DNA of 64,000 nucleotides from an uncultured bacterium (GTDB lineage Bacteria; UBP6; UBA1177; CALOFP01): NCBI GenBank assembly GCA_942492635.1, contig CALOFP010000003.1, positions 1,137,102 to 1,201,101 of the forward strand, read 5' to 3'. Shown piece by piece: positions 58,216 to 64,000 of this stretch (position 1 is its first letter; each line of letters starts with the position of its first letter). The notes under the pieces were generated by a model. It saw only the letters and a program-made list of their open reading frames with translations, ran no database searches and was not told where the DNA came from. The position numbers and the translations under genes were made by a program.

Positions 58216-58614
58216 TTTATTACGAGATCGGCAGTTGATTTGCGTTGGAAAAAGCAAAAGATTTACGAGGCCGGTGTCGCAGTCGTGGAGGCCTCCGGCG
58301 AAGCCGAATTCGATGTTGAGGGTATTGGGATCATTTTGATTTGGAATGATTTTACTGAATGTGTCGTAACTGATTCTTTTTACGATTGCTCCGGTGGAGA
58401 AATTCACGATCAGCCTTGGGGAGCCGAGGTGGTCAGAGATTACGCGGTATTTTGTTCCGTAGACGTACTGCTCGCGAACATTACCGTTTTCATCAACTAT
58501 CACCACTCTCTTTCCTTGGCGTCTGCAAAGCGTAACATCTTCATAAGAATCAAGCATGTACAATCTTTTCAATAAAATCTGAAACCCATAAAAGAAATAT
58601 TCATGCCGAAGCAA
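58189..58614 (-). pseudogene. Rhs/YD-repeat core remnant (truncated, no toxin tip)
   Basis: The translation VVIVDENGNVREQYVYGT..KYRVISDHLGSPRLIV...ISYDTFSKII...FGFAGGLHDCDTGLV parallels VAEVDDNGNVIQAFVYGT...KYRIISNHLGSPRLVI...IEYDEFGNVL...FYFAGGLYDKDTKLV of 62195..64000. Similarity stops before the RFGARDYDP...DPxGL core end. Confidence 0.7.
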
Positions 58615-58948
58615 AAGTGTATAAATGCCGGCCAGACCCTCATCGGGTTATAAGGAAAACGAACTCGCCTGGCGAAATATGTTAAAAAAGCTTCCAAGGT
58701 TTGGTATTGGAAAATATGGATATGTTTATAATAACTGAAATTTTGATTATGGTCCTTGATATTGACTAAATTTAAATGACAGGATTGATAAGTGTGTAAT
58801 ATAAATAGATATTATTAACTGATAAATGGTAATGATTTAATTAAACCTTGCAATAAAGTTGTTGATAATATATACAGACTTGTTGTTGGTTTTTTATAGT
58901 TTGAAGAAAAAGATGTTTAAATAATTTAAAACCATTGGAGGCGTTAAT

Positions 58949-60403
58949 ATGAAAATTAAAGCGAAAAATTTCTTTATTTTTATTTTCTTAGTCGCAGCTC
59001 TCATCTCAGTGTCGTGTAACGCATCTCTCATCTCTGTGTCGTATAACAATGATGAATCCGCTGTTTCCAATATTGAAAAAACTGATGACGATTCCAAAAA
59101 GAATAAAAAAGGAACTGAAGATGGAACCGGAGATGGAACTGAAGATGGAACCGGAGATGGAACCGGAGATGGAACCGGAGATGGAACCGGAGATGGAACC
59201 GGAGATGGAACCGGAGATGGAACCGGAGATGGAACCGGAGATGGAACCGGAGATGGAACCGGAGATGGAACCGGAGATGGAACCGGGGAAGGAACCGGGG
59301 AAGGAACCGGGGAAGAAACCGGGGAAGAAACCGGAGATGGAACCGGGGAAGGAACCGGAGAAGCAACCGGGGAAGAAAAACCGGATGTCGATAATGAAGG
59401 AGAAAATAGTAATAACTTTATCATAGAAGGCAAAATTCAAAATAAGATAAAGCCTTCAACAACATCAACCAAAGCTTATGCACAATTCACAACCATAGCA
59501 GTAAATAAGTATGGAGCAATTGAAGGTTCCGGTAAGTCTTTTAAATTTGATAAGGGATTTGTTACTGAAAATTCTTCGGCTAGTGCCTATCCGGAAGGCA
59601 ACTCATGCAGAGTTGTTTTGAATGAATATTTTAAAACAGAGCTCTTTACAGATGCAAATGAGGCAGGTGAATTTAGTTCTCTGGAATGTCAGATAGGTAA
59701 GAAACATTTAATTGAGAATCTTCAAAAGGATAGGGTATCTTTGGTTACTCAAGACTATTTTTGTCTGGTATTTGATAATAAGATAAGTAAAAAAACCGGA
59801 AAAGTCATTAAAAAGTGTTATTCGGCATTTGCCGATAATTTTTCACCTGAAGGTCAGACAAAAATGTACTTTGAGCCGTCGAAAAGTGGCCCGGGTAAAA
59901 ACAATGATCTTTCTGAGGGAGAAGATTTTGTATTAAAAGGAGCCGTCCAATGGATTTCCGGCGATTTTCTGAATGGATTAACCGACCTTCCTGAAGGAAA
60001 AATGTGTCACTGTTACGATGAAAATAGTACCGAAATAGTATGCGAAGGAGATAAGAGTCCTTGTGAAGGTATTGATCTTGAATGTTCCAATGGAACAAAA
60101 GGAACCGTCAATGGGCATTGTGGCTGCAACTGTTCCGAAGGTATGACTTGGGATGACCATTCAAATAAATGCATCGTTAAAATTTCTGTAAAAGACCACA
60201 ATTGCGGTGAAAATGGATCGTTCCAAAAACTCTGTGAAGTTGATGAAAAAGGAGTGTTACTTGATAGTGGATATTGTGATTGTTTTAGTGGATATGAAGT
60301 AAGTGAAGATGGCAAATCATGTGTTTTAAATTCAGAACATGAAGGTGAGGACTCTGATTATAATGAAGAAACACCGGACAATGACATCGATTCGGAAGTT
60401 TAA
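58949..60403 (+). CDS. Lipoprotein with a (GTGD/GTGE)n low-complexity repeat and C-terminal Cys-rich EGF-like units
   Basis: The RBS is GGAGG, and the signal and lipobox read FIFIFLVAALISVSC. A long G-T-G-[DE] run is followed by the C-terminal CHCYDENSTEIVCEGDKSPCEGIDLECSNG...CGCNCSEGM...C and NCGENGSFQKLCE...GYCDCFSGYEVSEDGKSC. Confidence 0.75.
   Translation: MKIKAKNFFIFIFLVAALISVSCNASLISVSYNNDESAVSNIEKTDDDSKKNKKGTEDGTGDGTEDGTGDGTGDGTGDGTGDGTGDGTGDGTGDGTGDGTGDGTGDGTGDGTGEGTGEGTGEETGEETGDGTGEGTGEATGEEKPDVDNEGENSNNFIIEGKIQNKIKPSTTSTKAYAQFTTIAVNKYGAIEGSGKSFKFDKGFVTENSSASAYPEGNSCRVVLNEYFKTELFTDANEAGEFSSLECQIGKKHLIENLQKDRVSLVTQDYFCLVFDNKISKKTGKVIKKCYSAFADNFSPEGQTKMYFEPSKSGPGKNNDLSEGEDFVLKGAVQWISGDFLNGLTDLPEGKMCHCYDENSTEIVCEGDKSPCEGIDLECSNGTKGTVNGHCGCNCSEGMTWDDHSNKCIVKISVKDHNCGENGSFQKLCEVDEKGVLLDSGYCDCFSGYEVSEDGKSCVLNSEHEGEDSDYNEETPDNDIDSEV
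59111..59380 (+). repeat. 12-bp in-frame tandem repeat (GGAACCGGAGAT and variants, ~22 units)
   Basis: There is an uninterrupted run of perfect GGAACCGGAGAT units from about 59147 to 59283, flanked by variants (GGAACTGAAGAT, GGAACCGGGGAA). Confidence 0.9.
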
Positions 60404-60415
60404 AAACTATTCGGA

Positions 60416-61064
60416 GGGACTGTCAACTATTTTGTGTAAACTCCATTTCGTCTACGTCTAAACGTAATTTTTCAAAACATCTTCAAAAAAAAAGCCGCAA
60501 GAGGGGTCAAAAAAAAGCCGCCTCGACCCCTCTGCTCCCCTTTTGGATTTTCAACCATTTTTGCGCGAACTGGATTTAGATGAATGTAACAGCTCAAGGT
60601 AATAAGATAGGCATGGTTTTCAACCAACACAGACTTGTATCGCCCCTGGAAAAGAGGTCCGATCTGTTTGTATTTTGCACGAAACCAGTTGGCATATCCC
60701 GATTGAACTTTTTGCATGATCGAAGAAATATCACCTTCTAGAGTTTCAATCAAGAGGTGGTAGTGATTGTCCATTAGACAGTATGCATGTACCATTGCGT
60801 TATATTTTTCACATGCACTTTGGATCTTTGAAAGGAATTCCAAGCGGTCATTGCGCCGTCTGAAGATTCTCTCTCTGCGGCTTCCCCGATTGATAATATG
60901 ATATATAGCACCGGGATATGAAATTCGTAATGGTCTTGTCATTTCAAAATGTTAATATTTCAAGAATCAAGTGTCAAGTTATCAAACATGTATATCTGCC
61001 GCCTCGACCCCTCTGCTCCGACCCCGACCCCTCTGCTCCGACCCACAAAATAGTTGACAGTCCC
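60416..61064. mobile_element. Compact (~650 bp) element: RayT/IS200-like Y1 transposase gene bounded by 21-bp perfect inverted repeats
   Basis: 60416-60436 (GGGACTGTCAACTATTTTGTG) is the exact reverse complement of 61044-61064. An internal direct repeat GCCGCCTCGACCCCTCTGCTCC occurs at 60517-60538 and 60998-61019, with a further GACCCCTCTGCTCCGACCC copy at 61026. Confidence 0.7.
60472..60942 (-). CDS. REP-associated tyrosine transposase-like (RayT / IS200-family Y1 HUH) protein
   Basis: Motifs present: YHIINRG, the HUH motif (MDNHYHLLIE), and the C-terminal Tyr motif YIHLNPVRAKMV. The last ~25 codons run into the repeat region, so the true C-terminus is uncertain. Confidence 0.75.
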   Translation of the reverse strand: MTRPLRISYPGAIYHIINRGSRRERIFRRRNDRLEFLSKIQSACEKYNAMVHAYCLMDNHYHLLIETLEGDISSIMQKVQSGYANWFRAKYKQIGPLFQGRYKSVLVENHAYLITLSCYIHLNPVRAKMVENPKGEQRGRGGFFLTPLAAFFLKMF

Positions 61065-61149
61065 CCGACAAATAAATAAAAGGAATTTCTTTTCAAATTT
61101 AAATCTCCTATTTATTTGCTCAACCTCTTTTGACTATTGATTTCTTCTT

Positions 61150-62130
61150 CTATTTTTCAAGGATTTTCATGATATCGCTCCTTCCAAATTCTTTCGCATA
61201 ATCAAAGGCTGACTTACCTGATTTGTCTACGATATCTTTTTTGGCTCCACTTTTTAACAAAAGTTTTACAACGTTTTTATCAGAATACATTGATGCTATC
61301 ATCAGTGCATTCATTCCTCTGCTGTTTGCAAAATTAATATCTTTTACAAGCTTTAAACTGTTTTTGATTTCCAATTCACCAAGGCCTTGACATATATAAA
61401 TAATAAGTGGAGATAAATGCCGATAATTATCATTGCGTAATTTTTTATCGGTGGCCTTCGTCATTAACATATCTATTATTTCACTATGCCCTTCTCGCCT
61501 TGCAGTGATCAAAGCGGTATCACCATCTATATCCTTTGCATCAATATCTACTCCATTTTTCAACAATAGTTCGACAATATCTTTATGACCTAATCCTGCA
61601 GCATGAATTAGAGCGGTGTTGTCCACTATGTCTTTCTTTTTGATGTCGGCCCCTTTTGAAAGTAAGTATTTGACAATATCTCTTGACCCTACAGACACAG
61701 CATATAGTAATGGTGTTGTTCTGGTTGTATCTTCGAACTCAATATTTGCACCTTCATTAATCAAGATTTTTACAACATCGCTTTTCTTACCCAAAATAGC
61801 CCACATTAATGCTGTATGTTTAGTAATATTATCTAATTGATCAATCTTTACTCCTTCTTTAAGTAGAAGTTTAACTACATTTGTATGACCATTTTTTGCA
61901 GCCATAATCAAAGGAGTGAATCCAAGTTTATTACTTACGTTTATAGAACCTCCATTTTTTAAATAATATTTCACTTTTTTGTAGTTTCCTTCTTTTGAGG
62001 CAGCTAACAACAACTTTGTGCTATTTTCTTTTTCCTCTCTAGCTTTAGTATTTTTGTCAACACATCCAAAAATATAAAAGCCAACCAACAAAATTAAAAA
62101 GTAATGCATTGCAATATTATTTTTTTTCAT
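61150..62130 (-). CDS. Ankyrin-repeat lipoprotein, candidate immunity protein for the upstream Rhs toxin
   Basis: The signal and lipobox read LILLVGFYIFGC. About eight ANK units follow the pattern G.TPL..A...GH..VVKLLL..GA. It starts 64 nt downstream of the Rhs stop on the same strand. Confidence 0.7.
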   Translation of the reverse strand: MKKNNIAMHYFLILLVGFYIFGCVDKNTKAREEKENSTKLLLAASKEGNYKKVKYYLKNGGSINVSNKLGFTPLIMAAKNGHTNVVKLLLKEGVKIDQLDNITKHTALMWAILGKKSDVVKILINEGANIEFEDTTRTTPLLYAVSVGSRDIVKYLLSKGADIKKKDIVDNTALIHAAGLGHKDIVELLLKNGVDIDAKDIDGDTALITARREGHSEIIDMLMTKATDKKLRNDNYRHLSPLIIYICQGLGELEIKNSLKLVKDINFANSRGMNALMIASMYSDKNVVKLLLKSGAKKDIVDKSGKSAFDYAKEFGRSDIMKILEK

Positions 62131-62194
62131 TTTTCAACCCACTTAAATTAAAAACTGTTCAAAACAACTCCACATTCCAATTATCTAGTGGCAA

Positions 62195-64000
62195 CTATTT
62201 CTTCAACACCTGGTTGCCTAAGGATTTTAATCCGTATTTAAATGCATATTGAGCTAACTTAAGGAGATCTTGTTCTAACATGCAATCCTTAAATTCATTT
62301 TGACAAAATGTACCAGTCTCTAAACCAGATTCTTTGCATTCATCTCCACCTTCTTGAACTATACATTCGTTTGCAACTAGTCTACAGTAAGTCAATTTTG
62401 GCATGTATAATCCTGTCGAATCCGTAATGTTAACGGGATCATTCCTGCAATATCCATATAGAGTAGTTAACCCCCCTTCAAACTTTATAGGATCTTTTGA
62501 TAACCAACGCCCTACATATGGGTCGTAATCTCTGGCTCCAAATCGGACAAGCTTTGTATCTTTATCGTAAAGTCCACCAGCAAAATAGAATGGCTGGAAT
62601 CCGGGATTAGTGTCGGAAAGGACGTTACCGAATTCATCATATTCTATCTGCTGGACAACGGCTTTTGTGATGTCTACTGCATCAACTTTTATTACAAGTC
62701 TCGGACTGCCAAGATGGTTCGAAATAATTCTGTATTTTCCATCATTTTTAATAATATAGTCAGGTACATTTGGCCGGGTTCCGTAGACAAATGCCTGGAT
62801 TACATTTCCGTTATCATCGACTTCTGCTACAGGATTGAGTTGATCCTTGTAAATCCATCTTTTTACTATTGTTCCGTTAACTTTCTTACCTATTCGTCTG
62901 TTCTTCCCGTCAATTATGTAGTCGATCTTTTTACCATCCGGAAGTATTACAGAAATAAGATTGCCCATTTCATCGTATTTGTAAATGGTTTCTTCTTTTT
63001 CTGTTGTCCCAGCTGCAGGAATGATCTTTTTTTCAAGATCACCATTTGCTGTATACTCGTAATTATATTTGCCATATGAATTTAACCGATCCTGCTTATC
63101 ATAAGGCTGAACCTGTTGACCGTTTTCATCAATAGTAATATTTGCTTGTACCACTACATCATTCTGACCTTTATGTGTGAGTCTATTTCCATTTGCATCA
63201 TAACTATATTCTGAAGTTATGTTACCATTCTTTTTCACTTCAACAAGTTGTCCAGCAAGGCTGTATTTGTACTCAAATGTATCCGGGTCTTTACCGTGAA
63301 CCTTTTCTACAATGTTTATTATTCTACCAAAAGAATCTCTTTCAAAGTCTGTTTTGAAATAAACATCCTCATTAATATCAGCAGAAAAAGAAGCAAGCTC
63401 ACCGAAACCATTTATAGTTTGAGTTGTCGCAACATTTCCAATAATTGTATCTGTCAGAAAATCATTGTCCTCTCTATAGGTCATTTCCAACTCACCGGCA
63501 GATTGAATTTTTCCGTCATCGAAATAGTTATATTGAATACTTGTAGATGAACCACTGTAACCTAAAGTCAGTCCGCTCAAATCAAAATCATTGTTATATT
63601 GTCTTCCCAACCTTCCTTTTACTTCGCCATCAAAAGTTTCAGAATCAACAAGACCAGAATTGTATGCATATCCAATTTTATTCTTCTCCGGAGTTTCTAT
63701 TGTCTTCAGTTTTTTTCCACCATCATCATGGTAGGTAAAAAGTATCTCTCCTCTCGATGGAATATTAATTTTTCTCAACTTTCCTGTATTTAAACCATAC
63801 CCTTCACTCTTATATTCGTATGTGTAGTGTACGGTAGTTCCATCTGGCCTCATAATGTCAGTTAACTTTTTATCCTTATTATAAATATAGCTGGTTTTTG
63901 TTTGAAGACCAGGCAGATTAGGAGGTGTGTACTCACTCTCCAAATTTAGTGGTGAAAATATAAATTGATGAATGTAATAATTAGGTGTTGTAAGAGAAAT
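62195..64000 (-). CDS. Rhs/YD-repeat protein, C-terminal part (5' end outside the window), with a short Cys-containing C-terminal tip
   Basis: The reading frame stays open to position 64000, because the TTG at 63943 is only the ORF-caller start. YD repeats are present (YEYKSEGY, YSYDANGN, YKYDEMGNL, IEYDEFGNV). The core end is RFGARDYDPYVGRWLSKDP...NDPVNITDSTGL, followed by 70 residues. Confidence 0.85.
   Translation of the reverse strand: MSLTTPNYYIHQFIFSPLNLESEYTPPNLPGLQTKTSYIYNKDKKLTDIMRPDGTTVHYTYEYKSEGYGLNTGKLRKINIPSRGEILFTYHDDGGKKLKTIETPEKNKIGYAYNSGLVDSETFDGEVKGRLGRQYNNDFDLSGLTLGYSGSSTSIQYNYFDDGKIQSAGELEMTYREDNDFLTDTIIGNVATTQTINGFGELASFSADINEDVYFKTDFERDSFGRIINIVEKVHGKDPDTFEYKYSLAGQLVEVKKNGNITSEYSYDANGNRLTHKGQNDVVVQANITIDENGQQVQPYDKQDRLNSYGKYNYEYTANGDLEKKIIPAAGTTEKEETIYKYDEMGNLISVILPDGKKIDYIIDGKNRRIGKKVNGTIVKRWIYKDQLNPVAEVDDNGNVIQAFVYGTRPNVPDYIIKNDGKYRIISNHLGSPRLVIKVDAVDITKAVVQQIEYDEFGNVLSDTNPGFQPFYFAGGLYDKDTKLVRFGARDYDPYVGRWLSKDPIKFEGGLTTLYGYCRNDPVNITDSTGLYMPKLTYCRLVANECIVQEGGDECKESGLETGTFCQNEFKDCMLEQDLLKLAQYAFKYGLKSLGNQVLKK

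Overview
This is a 64-kb window from an unidentified diderm bacterium, judged from lipobox-type signal peptides, OM-barrel-like proteins and TolQR/TonB-type genes. I cannot assign taxonomy from the sequence alone. All functional calls come from motif recognition by eye; no searches were run. Content from left to right: (i) A non-coding start with a 20-bp inverted repeat. (ii) A Cys-rich-repeat lipoprotein on the - strand. (iii) A ~22-kb + strand locus, my top candidate for an undescribed system. It encodes a 2813-aa cadherin-like/thrombospondin-type-3 (TSP3) surface protein and three lipoproteins (TSP3-like, vWA+TSP3-like, PKD-like). These are followed by a TolQ-like gene, two TolR-like genes, a small secreted protein, a TonB-like protein with an AgmX/PglI-type C-terminus, an OM-barrel-like protein, two TPR-like proteins and a second OM-barrel-like protein. 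Together this looks like an Agl/Glt(Nfs)-like envelope machine joined to candidate adhesin cargo. (iv) A housekeeping block of gldA, rtcB, ybaK and gltX, with an odd GC-rich hairpin/tandem-repeat array between rtcB and ybaK. (v) Three paralogous modular lipoproteins built from EGF-like units (including a 23 x 126-bp array) and LTD-like, OB-like and jelly-roll-like domains. Each is preceded at exactly 77 nt by TTTAGTGCAGTCGAAA. (vi) A serine-hydrolase lipoprotein. (vii) Two 1402-aa paralogs that combine three orphan proprotein-convertase P-domains, six PKD-like repeats and a gingipain(C25)-like domain with a conserved charged tail. (viii) A PHP phosphoesterase. (ix) An AT-richer right end carrying an Rhs remnant, a (GTGD)n-repeat lipoprotein, a RayT/IS200-like Y1 transposase bounded by 21-bp inverted repeats, and an Rhs toxin gene cut by the window edge with an ankyrin-repeat lipoprotein as likely immunity. 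A ~260-bp non-coding repeat occurs three times. I recognised no rRNA, tRNA or CRISPR array.
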